In this document: piece after piece, positions 1 to 12,256 of the stretch
Position numbering within the stretch: position 1 is the stretch's first letter
Layout of the letters: each line of letters begins with the position of its first letter
Origin: Chiloscyllium plagiosum
Taxonomy: Eukaryota
Length of the DNA: 64,000 nucleotides
Direction of reading: 5' to 3'
Assembly: GCF_004010195.1 (NCBI RefSeq)
Contig: NC_057754.1
Span: forward strand, 4,036,223-4,100,222
The notes under the pieces: model-generated
Told to the model about the DNA's origin: nothing
The model's database searches: none
What the model saw: the letters and a program-made list of their open reading frames with translations, nothing else
Program-made: the position numbers and the translations under genes

Positions 1-19
1 AACCTTAAATATTTCTTTT

Positions 20-307
20 AAGGCCCTTCAGCCCGACAAGTCCACACTGACCCTCTGAAGAGATTCCCACCTAAAACCATGCCCCATTATTCTACTTTTA
101 CCCCTAACCTACACATCCCTGAACACTGGGCAATTTAGCATGGCCAATTCACCTATCCTGCACACCTTTGGATTGTGGGAGGAAACCCACGCAGACGCGG
201 GGAGAATGTGCAAACTCCACACAGACAGTTGCCCGAGGCTGGAATTGAACCTGAGTCCCTGGCGCTGTGAGGCAGCAGTGCTAACCACTGAGCCACTATG
301 CCGCCCC
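20..307 (-). mobile_element. tRNA-derived SINE, HE1/V-SINE type
   Basis: Reverse strand starts ...gtggctcagtggttagcactgctgcctcacagcgccagggactcaggttcaattcc (A and B boxes); same family at 34870, 38515 and 50815. Confidence 0.8.
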
Positions 308-309
308 CT

Positions 310-1200
310 TTCAATTAATTTGCCTCTTGCTCTTCTACAAGCCGAGCCTGTTTAATCTTTCCACATAAGGCAACCTACCTATTAGTGCTGTCAAGCTTCT
401 CTGAATTGTTTCTAAAACTGTTATATCCTGCATTAAATGAGAATACCAGTACAGTACACAGTACTCTGGATGGGGGTCTTACTAACACCATGTACAACTG
501 AAGCATGATGTGGAGATCCTGATGTTGGACTGGGGTGGGCAAGTCACATGACACCAGGTTATAGTCCAACAGGTTTATTTAAAATCACAACGCTCCTTCT
601 TCATCAGGTGAAGTGAAGCAAGACCTCCTTATATTGATACTCACTTCCCATTGCAATAATTTCTTTAATTACTTGCTGTATCTGCAAACTAACCGAGATT
701 CCTCTGCATCTCAGCTTTATAGTTTCTCAATATTTAGATAATGTGCCTCATTTTCATTCTGTCAGTCAAAATGAAACATTTCACACTTTCCCACATTATA
801 CCTCAATTTCCCAAGATCTCTTCCCAATCATTTAACCTATTCGAATCCCTTTGTGGCCTCCTTCCATCTTCTTCACAACTTACTTTCCTATATCTTTGTG
901 TCATTGGCAAATTGAGCAATCACGTATTCACCTTATTCATTTGTATAAATTATGAACAGTTGATGTCCCAGTATAGACTCTTATGGCATAGCACTCATTT
1001 GCCAACTTGAAAAAAGGCATTTTATGCCTATTTTCTGTTTTTAATTATCCAGACAATCTTCCATTCATGCCAAGGTTGCCCTTATACCATAGGCTTTTAT
1101 TTTTCTCTTTGATGTGGCTTTCTGGAAATTTGCATATATGTCCACCATAGATTCTCATTTATGTTGTTCTCTCAACAAACTCCCAATAAATGAATTAATC
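310..1200 (-). mobile_element. Decayed CR1-type LINE fragment, interrupted by a Penelope-type short element
   Basis: Degenerate reverse-complement CR1 ORF2 3' sequence. Confidence 0.5.
507..613 (-). mobile_element. Penelope-type short element, family B (half copy)
   Basis: acaccaggttatagtccaacaggtttattt...cttcatcagg shared with 36866 and 56968; tgaagca repeated on both sides. Confidence 0.6.
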
Positions 1201-1214
1201 ATGAATTCCCTTTC

Positions 1215-1615
1215 GAAGGGGAGGTGATGGCCTGGTAGTATTATCGCTAGACTCTTAATGTAGAAATGTAACTAATGGAGACCCAGGGAGAATTTGAATT
1301 CACTTTTTAAAAACAAAATCTGGAATTATGAATCTACTGATGACCATAAAAACGCTGTTGACAGTCGATTGTCGGACAAACCCATCTTGCTCACTAATAT
1401 CCTTTCGGGAAGGAAATCTGCCATCCTCACCTGGTCTGGCCTGCATGTGACTCCAGAGCCACAGCAATGTGGTTGATTCTCAACTGCCCTCTGGAATGGC
1501 CTAGCAAGCCACACAGTTGTATCGATCACTATGATTTCTCAGCAATGAAATAAAATGGGACAGGCCACCTGGCGTCGAACTGAATTCCAGAGGAGAGATG
1601 AGAGTGACAGCCCTT
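1215..1615 (+). mobile_element. SINE or 5' head of a LINE family
   Basis: ggaaggaaatctgccatcctcacctggtctggcctgcatgtgactccaga is shared with 12400-12460, 43690-43790 (-) and 49520-49610. Confidence 0.55.
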
Positions 1616-1619
1616 AAAA

Positions 1620-1910
1620 TCAAGATCTCACAAACAGCGCTGCAGTACTGACAAGACAAGTTGTTTGGGGTGATGATCGTTGAGGGATAAATGTTGGCCC
1701 CAAGAAACCTGGGAGAACACTCTTACCATTCATCCAGTAGTGACACTGGGCCTTTTCCATGTCTACTTTAGAGGACCATAGTTTAACATCCACTCCCAAA
1801 CATGGCACCCCTACAGGGCAGTGCTCCCTCAGCATTGAGACTGTGAGGAGTATCAGCTAAGACTGTAAGGTCAAGTTGTAGAGTGGGAACTGAAATCTGT
1901 AACCTTTCGG
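1620..1910 (-). mobile_element. DeuSINE (SacSINE1-like) relic
   Basis: Reverse complement of Deu-domain-like sequence; related relics near 7580-7860, 10150-10460 and 20330-20700. Confidence 0.55.
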
Positions 1911-2459
1911 CGTATACGTAGTCTATACCTCTGGCATGTTGTGACCATCTTTCTTTGGGGAATAATTCTGCTTCTGCTTCCCTGGGTCAGGGGGAGGGGA
2001 GAATCAGCCAGAACGCCTTGAGTTCCTAGTTTTGCAATATTTGTCTGCAAATGTGAGAGGAAGTGAGGGAGAGAGAGAAAGAACACTTGTTGAGAGCAAG
2101 ATCAAGCTACGTGTGATGCTCCCAGCAGTAGAATATTTACACAGGGTGACTGGATATGAAGCCTGTTTGACAGGTTGACACCACAGACTTGGCTCTTTGC
2201 TGTTTGGGGGGAAAATGGAACCCATCTTCCTGAACTGATTCTTGGAATTATAAAGAACTTACAGCAGAAATAGAATTGTGGCGGTTTTGCTCCATACAAG
2301 CCTCCTCCATCCCTAAAAGCATATTATTTCTCCCTTTTGTGTTCAATTGGCTTCCTCTTTAGCTTCCCTGTGCTATTAACCTCAGTCTTGCCTTGTGGGG
2401 AGTGAGTTCTACATTCTTGTCATCCTTTGAGTGAAAGAGATTTCTCCTAAATTTCCTAA

Positions 2460-3515
2460 TTGAATTTATGGATGACTAATAACAAGTTTGATAGAATTGT
2501 TTGAAAATGTGATCAAGTGTGTAGATGAGGGAAGTTCAGCTGATGTAGTAAATGTGGACTTTAGCAAAACTCTTGACAAGGTCCCATGTGGGAGACTGAG
2601 AAGGTTAAGGCACATGGAATTGAGGGAAACTTGGTGAGATGTATCAGAAACTGGCTTAGTAATAGGACACAAAAGGTAGTGGTACAAGGCCATTTGTGTG
2701 ACTGGAGGCTGGTGTCCAGCAGTGAACGACATGGATCAGTACTGGGACCCTTATTGTTTGTTATATACATAAATGATACAGATGAAAATGTTGGGAATAG
2801 GTGATGCAAATTTGCAGACAACACCAGGATTGGTATAGTGGTTAATAGCAAAGAGGATGGTTGTAGGTTTCTGGAAGATATAAATGGGTTGGTCAGGTCA
2901 GATATTTAACCCTGATAAGGGCGAGGTGATGCACTTTGGAAGAACAACAAGATGGGGGAGTACTTAATGAATGGAAGGATATTGGGTAGCTTAGAAGAAC
3001 AGAGGGATCTTGGGATAATTATTCACAGATCCCTGAAGTCAGCAGAACATGTCAATAGGAATAGTTAAGGAGGTATGTGCTTTCACCAGTTGTGGCACAG
3101 AGGAGGGACTAAATAGGCTTGGATTGTTTTCTTTAGAGCAGAAAAGACTGAGGGGAGGGACATGATAGAGGTGAATAGGATTAAGAGTGGTATGGACAGG
3201 GTGTATAGAGAACTGCTGTTCCCCTTGGTTGACGGGTCAGTCATGAGGAGGCATAGTTTTAGGGTGAGGTGCAGGCAATTCCGAGGGGATTTGGGGGAAA
3301 AGACTTTTTCACCCAGTGGGTGGTGGGAATCTGGAATGCCCAGTCTGGGAACTTAGTGCAGGCTGAAAACCTTACAACTTTTAAAATAGTACTTCAAATA
3401 TTAGAACATTCAAGGATATGGGAGAAGTGCAGGAAATTGGAATTAGCATAGTTATGCCGGTGCAGACTCAATGGGCCAAAGGCCCTTTTCTGCGCTTTGT
3501 GAACCTATGAATCTA
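2460..3515 (+). mobile_element. CR1/HER1 LINE 3' fragment (RT pseudogene)
   Basis: Broken RT peptides DFSK.LDKVP, KVKAHGIEG, GSVLGPLLFVIYIND, KFAD.T.IG, FFTQWVVGIWN. Confidence 0.85.
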
Positions 3516-4179
3516 TGCTAGTTCTAAACTCCCGCACACCTATCACCATCATCTCCTACATTATCAAGCCCTTTCATCACTTTAAACACAGCTCTCACCA
3601 CTTCTCTTTTCTAGAATCTGGTTTGTCTTTCCTGATAAGTTACAACTTCTGCCTTCTGGTATTACTCTGTCAAACCCATTTTATGTTTTGCACCCCCTCC
3701 AGTCGCTCGGCAGCATTTTGTTTTGTAATAGGTGGGTCAGAACTGTGTGTCCAATATTTTCCAAGTATGGTCTGGCTAGTTGGTGCGTATTTGACATAAC
3801 ATCTCCTGGCGTTTGTGTCTAAACATCCTGACAAAGAGGACCAAACCAATTGTACTTGGGCACATTAACAATCTTCTCCTGCCTGAGATTCAAGAATCAC
3901 TACGTTTGAGATTCACCAGCCTCATCCTGCACATATGGACTTGATCTCTCTCTGACTCTTGATCTCCACTTACACTCCCAAGATCACATCCTTTCATCTG
4001 TTTTTCTTTTCCACCATACTCTCCTTTTGTGGTGGCTAACATGGCTCAACTTGAACAGCTTCCTATGTCCATAGGTTGGCTAAGTAAGCTCATCAACTGC
4101 AGCAGACTTAACAATTATCCAATAGCCATTTACACAATTTGGAAACATGTCCAGATATACAGATCTGAGAGTGTTGAAG

Positions 4180-4440
4180 TGTGGGGTATCTCAGTGTGTT
4201 ACTGTGAGTGGTGAGAGGTATTTCAGAATGTTACAGTAAAGGGAATGGGGTAAGGTGAGAGAGTATAACGAGAGGTGTCTGGGGTATATCAGCGAGTGTT
4301 ACAGTGAGGAATGTGGGGTATATCAGAGAGTGTTACAGTGAGGGGTGTGGGGTGTATCAGAGAGTGTTACAGTAAGGAATGTGGGGCATATCGGAGAGTG
4401 TTACAGTGAGGAATGTGGGATGTATCGCAGAGTATATGAG
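4180..4440 (+). repeat. Minisatellite, ~34-bp unit gagagtgttacagtgaggaatgtggggtatatca
   Basis: About 6-7 visible copies. Confidence 0.85.
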
Positions 4441-5169
4441 CATCACTTCTTTAAAACTAGTTTGAATCTGGTGTGAAATGAGAAGTGGTCAGATATAAGG
4501 TTTGGAGCTGCACTCAGTGAAAGAGAATGTGGATGGATGCCAAGATAACAGAGCGTTATGAATCCCACATTTCCCTGATCCCCTGTGCCTGCTGTAAGGC
4601 ATGCATATGTGCGCACATGGATATGTGTATGCTGTTCGAGGTAGCATGTACTTTTGGCGACCATTTTGTTTGAGTGCAGCAGTTGTGACTTGCTGAGATT
4701 GTTGCATTATGTTGACTCCATTACCTTGGTATAGTGATCACACTCTGATAAAACACAACTGACTATAAGTCGCTATGGGATCTCCTAAGGTCTGACGAAG
4801 CAGAAAAGCAAAGTCTGTGACTTTGAATCCCACCAAGAACCAGTCGCAGCAATCAAAAACGTTTTTGCACAGTCTGCAGGAATCTCTCAGTCAGATATTA
4901 AAGGTCACACGAACACCAAGACTCTGATCTCCTCCCCAACTCACTGTGCCACAGCCCAGCAGTGATCAGTCACATCTCTATCTTTAGCGAGCTGGGAAAT
5001 GTAGCCACCGGTTCCTGAGGATGTCTGACCACCACTGACCTCTGAAATGACTTGTAGAAGTTGGCAACACTTGACGGGAACAAATTCTCACTCATTCTTC
5101 CTGAAAGTCCCTGATGATTGGTCATTATGATGGTCTTTCAGAGCACAAAAACAATGTGATGTGGAATAT

Positions 5170-6545
5170 TTCTCAACAGTGCAGAGAATATCACTCTGTA
5201 TCATCTCCATGATGCACCTGCCCCGAGCCAGTTTGATGGGGCAGTGCAGAAGGAGCTTTACTCTGTATCTAACCCCACGCTGTCCGAGTCCTGGGAGTGT
5301 TGGATAGGGACAGTATAGAGAAAACTTTACTCTGTATCGAACCCCGGGCTATCCCTGTCGCTGGGAGTGTATGATGGGGGACAGTGTAGAGGGAGCTTTA
5401 CTCTGTATCTAATCCTGTGCTGTCCCTGACCCTGGGAGTGTTTGACGGGGGAGCAGTGTAGAGAGAGCTTTACTCTGTACCTAACCTCATACAGTCCCTC
5501 TCCTGGGAGTGTTTTATGGGGACAATGTAGAGGGAGATTTACTGTGTATCTAACCCCATGCTATCCTTGTCCCTGGGAACGTTTGGGGGACAGTGTAGAA
5601 GGGTACAAAGTTAAAATTCACACAATACCAGGTTATATTCCAACAGGTTTATTTGGAAGCACTAGCTTTCACAGAGCTGCTCCTTCAGGTGGTTGTGGAG
5701 TATAAGATCATGAGACACAGAATTTATAGCAAAAGTTTACAGTGTGACATAACTGAAATGATATATTGAAAAAGACCTGGATTGTTTGTTAAGTCTTTCA
5801 TCTTTTAAAATGAACATGTTGCTTTCATCCAGTCTGTACCTGTCCTGGCAGTATTTGATGGGGACAGTGTAGAGAGAGCTTTACTCTGTACCTAACCCTG
5901 TGCTGTCCCTGTCCCTGGGAGTGCTTGATGGGGGACGGTGTGGAGGGGGCTTCATTCTGCATCTAACCCTGTGCTGTACCTGTCCAGATAGGGTTTGATA
6001 GGGATGATGTAGAGAGAGCTTTATGCTGTATCTAACTCTGTGCTGTAGCTGTCCTGGGTGTTTTCCATGGGGACAGAGGGAACCTTAGTTTCAGTTTAAA
6101 AGACTAGAAAGAGCTTTCCTTTGCATCTCATCCAGTCTGTACTTGTCCTGGGAGTATTTGATGTGGACAATGTAGAAGAAGCTTTATTCTGCTTTTAATC
6201 CTGTGCTAGCCTTGTCCTGACAGTGTTTGACGTGGACAATGTGGAAGGAGATTTACTTTCAGTTTAAAAGAGTAGAGAGAGCTTTATTTTCAGGTTAAAA
6301 GAGCAGAGGGAGCTTTATTGTGGATCTAACTCCATGCTGTCCCTGCTTTGGGAATGTTTGATTGAGGCAGTGTAGAGAGAGCTTTACCTTCAGTTTAAAA
6401 GAGCAGAGGAAACTTTACCTTTAGTTTAATAAGCTTTATTCTGTATATAACCCTAATGCTGTACCTGTCCTGTAAATGCTTGATGGGGACACTGTAGGGG
6501 TAGCTTTACTTTCAGTTTAAAATATTAGAGGGACCTTTACTCTTA
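5170..6545 (+). repeat. ~68-bp shark minisatellite array (ctttactctgtatctaaccccgtgctgtccctgtcctgggagtgtttgatggggacagtgtagagggag)
   Basis: Many tandem copies; interrupted at ~5603-5825 by a family B Penelope-type fragment. Confidence 0.9.
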
Positions 6546-8119
6546 ATCTAAATCGGAATTAAATCTAGCCGTTGTCCTTCCTGATTACCATCCCTCTTCC
6601 CTTTAAACAATTCAAAGTGCTACATTCTACCCACTCTCTGGATAAAGAAATTTGTCTTGAATTCTATTTCATTTATTATGATTGTGTATTAAATTGATTG
6701 AACCCCTAGTCTGATCTCCACAGGGTTCCCCATAAGTGGCAACATTTTCTCTACCTCGAACCTATTGAGTGTCTTTGGAATGTTTAAAGTCCTCCTCCAG
6801 ATCACCCCTCCACCTCAGAATTGCAGCCTGTTCAATGTCTTGATACACACATCCTCTCAGTTCTGGTATCCCGCTGGAAAATCCTTGTTTTAAATTTTAC
6901 ATATTGTCCAGTGCTTCTTGGAGGTTGGACCTTGCTCTGTGAGGTCCAGTCAAGTTTTGACCTAATCTCAAGAAGACTCAATGGGGCTCAGTCTGGGGCC
7001 TTGCCTAAAACTGTGGCTGTAGAACACGACAGGTGTCACATTCCCAATCTGGCTCCTGCTGAAGTTAGAACAAGATACCCTTCCACCACAGAGTGTAAAC
7101 ACTGCCTCGAAGTTCCTTTTAGACTGATGCTTCAGAGGGCGGGGATGTCGTTGCTATGGCAAAGCAGCGATACGAGGCCTTGATGTTGTACTCTGTTGGT
7201 GCAGGCCCCTAATGTGCAAGGAAGTTATCAAGGGCATTGCACTTCCAGCTTGTTTGTTCTGTGTGAGGTGGGGAGTATTGTAGGGGAGGGCAGGGAGGAG
7301 GTAGTGGTATTGAGTTTGTTGGCTTGGGACAGGCAAGTGGCAGGATGTCCTCTCTCCGTCAGTTTACAACCTACATTACGCGGCAGCTAGCAGTTGTGTG
7401 TATGTGTGTAATGGTATTGTTCACTAGGCTTGCTGGGTCATAGGTCACCAGGTCCCTCAGGCCAGCTGCCAATAGTCTCTTCCTGCCTCTGGAGCGTCCT
7501 GCGCTCATGGACTGACTGCCAAAAACATAAAGGCATTCAGATTTACAATGTGGGAGAGTCATTTCTCTTAAAGGATCCAGGCTGTGTAGACAGCAAGTGG
7601 AGGTTGTACAGTAAGGCGACAAGGCTGCAGAAACAGCAACAAGGATTTTTAAGGAGGAATGTTGACCAAGGGATCAAATTGTCAGATAATGCTCCTCTTG
7701 TGAAGTGCCTTTGTTAAATACAGACTTCTGGTCATAGATCTTTCAAATCCGCCTGAAAGGCCGAGAAATCTCAACTGAGGGTCAACACCTCTGACAATCT
7801 GGCATTTCCTCTATACTATATTGAGAGTCTGGACTGACACTGACATCCACCACCTGATTCCGAGGACATTGGGAAAATCAGGCTGGGATACAATAAAAAT
7901 GAGAGAAGTGGTTATAAGTTTAATTTTGAATTGTGTACTAATCCAAAACCACAAGGGTTAAGAGAAACTTCCCTTTGTTCCTCTCGCGCTCTCTGCGTAA
8001 ACCCAGGGGGCCAGAGAAAAAAGGAAATAAAACATCTTCCTTCACTAGCTTTGGGGAGCATATTGGGACACCAATATTGGTTGTGAAAAGTGCTAGATAA
8101 ATCCCTCCTCCCATCCTTT

Positions 8120-8430
8120 GACTGCTCTCTGTTCTGCCTGTGTGTCTCATCCTACCTCCGTACGTGCCTGTCCTCCTTGTTTCTTTCTTTCTCCCTCTCC
8201 CTATTCCCCATGCCCCTCAACCTACGTGCTTTTTTCTGATTATTTGAAAACATCCCCCCACCCTTCGATATTGTCCCTCTCTATCTCTTTGTTTCCTGTT
8301 CGTCTTTCTGTCTCCCCCTCTGTTTCATCCCCATCGCCTTCTCTCTATTCCCCCTCTTATACACACTGTCTTCCCTTCCTCATTTTCTTAGCACAGTGTC
8401 TCCCTCCTCTCTCCCAATCTGCTCCATTTT
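8120..8430. repeat. CT-rich low-complexity tract
   Basis: Pyrimidine-rich composition; a similar tract lies at 50250-50630. Confidence 0.7.
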
Positions 8431-10836
8431 AAGGAAAATTCATTAAATTTGCAAATGTCATATCACATCCCATCTTGTGTATTTCCAAATGGAGCTCTGG
8501 TATGTTAATTCCTAAGTATGATTTTTTAAAACTTCTTTTCCCCCTCCGACTGTTGTAAATTTCTATCCCTCATTTCTTTGTAAAGAGTATTCTCCTTATA
8601 GCCCTGAGGTAATTGGTGACCTGCTTATTCATTCACCGTAGTTTCAGCTCGATCACCAGTTGTCTCAGAGTGATGTGCTTTTTGTTCAATTCAATAAAAG
8701 GAAACCAAAAAGCAAATCTCATTTTTCCTTCATTTTGTTTGTTTCCTCTTTGTCACCCTCCTCAATTACTGCTCTGTTCAGACTCCAGAATCACTCTTCC
8801 TCATTCACCTAAAGCACTACATCAGCATCCTCCATGTCTGCGTCAGGTGAAGGCTTTGTCTACGGTGCTGTCTGTGCTAAATGTCCTGATCAACACCCAG
8901 ACTTGGAAGAGGGAGGGAATGTTGACCATTTGTTTAATAATGACCACCCTACGAAAGTACCTTGGAATGTCTCAATGTGGAAAAAGGTGAAGTAAATGCA
9001 AGACTAACTCTCTGTGCAGTGCATCTGTCTTCCTACTGCATGGTCTTAGGATGCAGCTGTAATAATGTGAGCAGCAGACAGGGATGGTTACCCCCTAGGC
9101 ATTCAGAAGGGAGAAAGAGAGAGCGAGTGGCGATTCAGTGGAGTGTATGGAACAAGGTTCTTGACCATTCTTTTAATGCTTCTGGCCCTCTCTGGACTCC
9201 TCATTAATAATCTGGTCTGACAGCAGAGACTGCTATGTTCCAAATGGAGACTTTTTAAAAAGAAATTAAATTCTTCCTTGGCATACTGGAGGGTACATAG
9301 AAGAATGCATATAAACAGAAGAGTTAGGCTACAGGAAAGATGCACTTTGGTGTGCTGAATGGCCTTGCCTTTCCTTTGACTGTCTTATGTCCTTTCAGGT
9401 CACTTTTGTTAATCTTTCCTTGGACAGAATCTGTGCTGGAATTGGGGATATTGTGCCAGTCATGTAGAACCACCTGTCTAATCTCCCTGTGCCCAAACCT
9501 ACTTCCCAATTAAAAACACTGGTTGAAGCAGCAAGTTGTTTAGGAGCAGGGTGACCTATTTGCAGCACTTCTTTTCTCAACTCCCATGTCAACGAACTCT
9601 TAAATCTTTGGAATCCAAGAAATGTGAGTGAGTGTGACATTCCATTTCAATGGCATGGGGCCAGAAGGTGAGGGAGGCCATTTGACTCATGTAGTTGATC
9701 CTGCCTTCCATCAGCCCAATTGCTCAACTCTCTTGTGAGTTTTTCAAAGGTTTGCCCCTATCTCTTGGCCTTCTGCTCCCAGCTATCTGTTTGTCAGGAA
9801 GTGTACCCCTCTTCTCTCCCATTGGACCATAAGGTATAGGAGCAGCATTAAGAACCACTTGGCCAATCTGCTCCATTGTTTGATCATGGCTGATGTTTTT
9901 CAACCCCATTCTCCTGCCTTCTCTCCATAACCATTGATTCCCTTATTAATCAAAGAACCCATCCATCTCTGTCTGGCCCACACTGACTGGGCAATGAGCC
10001 AGAAAAAAAGGGCATTCAATGTGTTGAATAAGAATCTGGTTGCCTGTCTTAATGTCCTGCTTGACCATGTGAAATCCTTGTCTGAAAACATTCCTGTCCA
10101 GTGGCGTGGAATGTTTCACTGCATTAATGATGCTATTTAAATGCAGGTTGTTGTTATAAAACAATGCCTTTGGCAACCTCAGAATGTCCAAGAGCTATAA
10201 AAGGTACTCGGGCAAGAACTCCCCTGCTCTTCAAAACAATTACCTGTGAAACCATTTTCATCCACCTCAAAGGGCAGGTGGGGTCTTAGTTAAGTGTTTC
10301 ACCCGAAATATGACATCTCAGACAGTACAGCACTCCCTCAATATTGTATGAGGACTGACTGTCTAGACTTTGTGCTCAAGTCTCTGGCTTGGGATTTGTA
10401 TCATAATCTTCTGTCTGAGTTGCCAGTGTTGCTGCCAACTAAACCACAGCTGATGCTTTTAAATTTAAAAAAATTGGTAATAAAAAATAAGAAGCATTTA
10501 AGATGTAAGTAAGGATTAAATCATAGGATATGTGGCTTTGGAAAAGATTTCTTCATGAACAGATAATGGGTATTTTTAATTAACCATCAAGGCATTAGAG
10601 AGGATACGGAGGAGGTTTACCAGAGTGCTTCCAGAAATGAATGATTTCAGCTATATAGACAGACTAATTCTGGGATGGATTCTCATTAGAGCAGGAAAGT
10701 CTTAAAGTGTGATTTAGAAGTGGGGTTCAAAATCATGCGATCAAGTTTAGAAAAGGCAGTAGTGCAGTGGTATTGTCAGTTGAAACTTTATTGCTGGAAC
10801 AGCACAGCAGGTCAGGCAGCATCCAGGGAACAGGAG

Positions 10837-10872
10837 ATTCGACGTTTCGGGCACAGGCCCTTCTTCAGGAAT
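10837..10872 (-). ncRNA. Minimal type I hammerhead ribozyme motif
   Basis: attc-CTGAAGA-a-GGGC-ctgt-GCCC-GAAA-c-GTC-gaat: intact core, 4-bp helix I and helix II. Confidence 0.75.
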
Positions 10873-11084
10873 GAGCAGAGAGTGTTCAGCAGGAGAAGAT
10901 AAAAGGTAGGGAGGAGGGACTTGGAGGAGGGGCGTTGGAAATGTGATAGGTGGAAAGAGGTCAAGGTGAGGGTGATAGGTCGGAGTAGGATGGAGGCGGA
11001 GAGGACAAGAAGAAGACTGCAGGACAGGAAGGCGGTGCCGGGCGGGAGGGACTCGGCTGAGACAAGGTGGGGGGAGGGGGGATG

Positions 11085-11505
11085 AAGAAACTGGTGAAGT
11101 CCAAGTTCATCCCCTGTGGTTGGAGGGCTCCCAGTCGGAAGATAAGACGCTCCTCCTCCGACCGTCGCGTTGTTGTGGTTTGGCGGTGGATGAGTCCAAT
11201 GACCTACATATCCTCGGTGGAGTGGGAGGGGGAGATGAAATGCTGTGCTACAGGGTGGTTGGGTTGGTTCGTCCGGGTGGCCCAGAGGTGCTCTCTGAAT
11301 CGCTCCGCAAGTAGGCGGCCTGTCTCCCCAATATAGAGGAGGCCACACCGGCTGCAGCGGATGCAGTAGATGATGTGGGTGGAGGTGCAGGGGAATCCGT
11401 GGCGGATATGGAAGTTTCCTTTGGGGCCTTGGAGAGAAGTGAGGGGGGAGGTATGGGCGCAAGTGTTGCACCTCCTGCGGGCGCAAGGGAAGGTGCCGGG
11501 AGTGG
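11085..11505 (-). pseudogene. Penelope GIY-YIG endonuclease, one in-frame stop
   Basis: FPCARRRCNTC...IIYCIRCSRCGLLYIGETGR...RFREH...HPVAQHF...EDM*VIGLIH...RRSEEERLIFRLGALQPQGMN. Confidence 0.9.
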
Positions 11506-11819
11506 NNNNNNNNNNNNNNNNNNNNNNNNNNNNNNNNNNNNNNNNNNNNNNNNNNNNNNNNNNNNNNNNNNNNNNNNNNNNNNNNNNNNNNNNNNNNNNN
11601 NNNNNNNNNNNNNNNNNNNNNNNNNNNNNNNNNNNNNNNNNNNNNNNNNNNNNNNNNNNNNNNNNNNNNNNNNNNNNNNNNNNNNNNNNNNNNNNNNNNN
11701 NNNNNNNNNNNNNNNNNNNNNNNNNNNNNNNNNNNNNNNNNNNNNNNNNNNNNNNNNNNNNNNNNNNNNNNNNNNNNNNNNNNNNNNNNNNNNNNNNNNN
11801 NNNNNNNNNNNNNNNNNNN
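11506..11819. other. Assembly gap (N run)
   Basis: Run of N bases. Confidence 1.
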
Positions 11820-11853
11820 TGATCTCCAGCATCTGCAGACCTCACTTTCTCCT

Positions 11854-12033
11854 TTATAATCATCTAGAAAAGAATAATTTGATTAGGGATAGTCAGCACG
11901 GTTTTGTGAAGGGTAGGTCGTGCCTCACTAGCCTTATTGAGATCTTTGAGAAGGTGACAATACATGTTGATGATGGTAAAGCGGTTGATGTGGTGTATAT
12001 GGACTTCAGTAAGGCATTTGATAAAGTTTCACA
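11854..12033 (+). mobile_element. CR1 RT fragment enclosed within the Penelope insertion
   Basis: YNHLEKNNLIRDSQHGFVKGRSCLTSLIEIFEKVT...AVDVVYMDFSKAFDKV, open frame. Confidence 0.85.
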
Positions 12034-12256
12034 CTTGACATCTTTCCACCTATCACATTTCCAACTCCCCTCCTCCAAGTCCCTCCTCCCTACCTTTTAT
12101 CTTCTCCTGCTGAACACTCTCTGCTCATTCCTGAAGAAGGGCCTGTGCCCAAAACGTCGAATCTCCTGTTCCCTGGATGCTGCCTGACCTGCTGTGCTGT
12201 TCCAGCAATAAAGTTTCAACTTTGATCTCCAGCATCTGCAGACCTCACTTTCTCCT

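Larger units (their letters stand above)
10779..12256 (-). mobile_element. Composite Penelope-like retroelement: GIY-YIG 3' end on - strand, inverted pseudo-LTR, 14-bp TSD
   Basis: TSD cagtggtattgtca at 10765-10778 and 12257-12270; 10779-~10965 is the reverse complement of ~12034-12220; spans the N gap. Confidence 0.85.

Noticed and set aside
5260..5480. Twister-ribozyme resemblance of the 68-bp unit (UUACUCUG...GUCCC...UAGAGGG)
   Set aside because: The conserved twister UAA, CGGU and AAGC nucleotides are not matched; only an Infernal hit or a cleavage assay could revive the idea.
11204..12187. Long ORFs of 150-270 aa around 11.2-12.2 kb
   Set aside because: Artefacts of reading through the N gap; the real parts are GIY-YIG and CR1 fragments.
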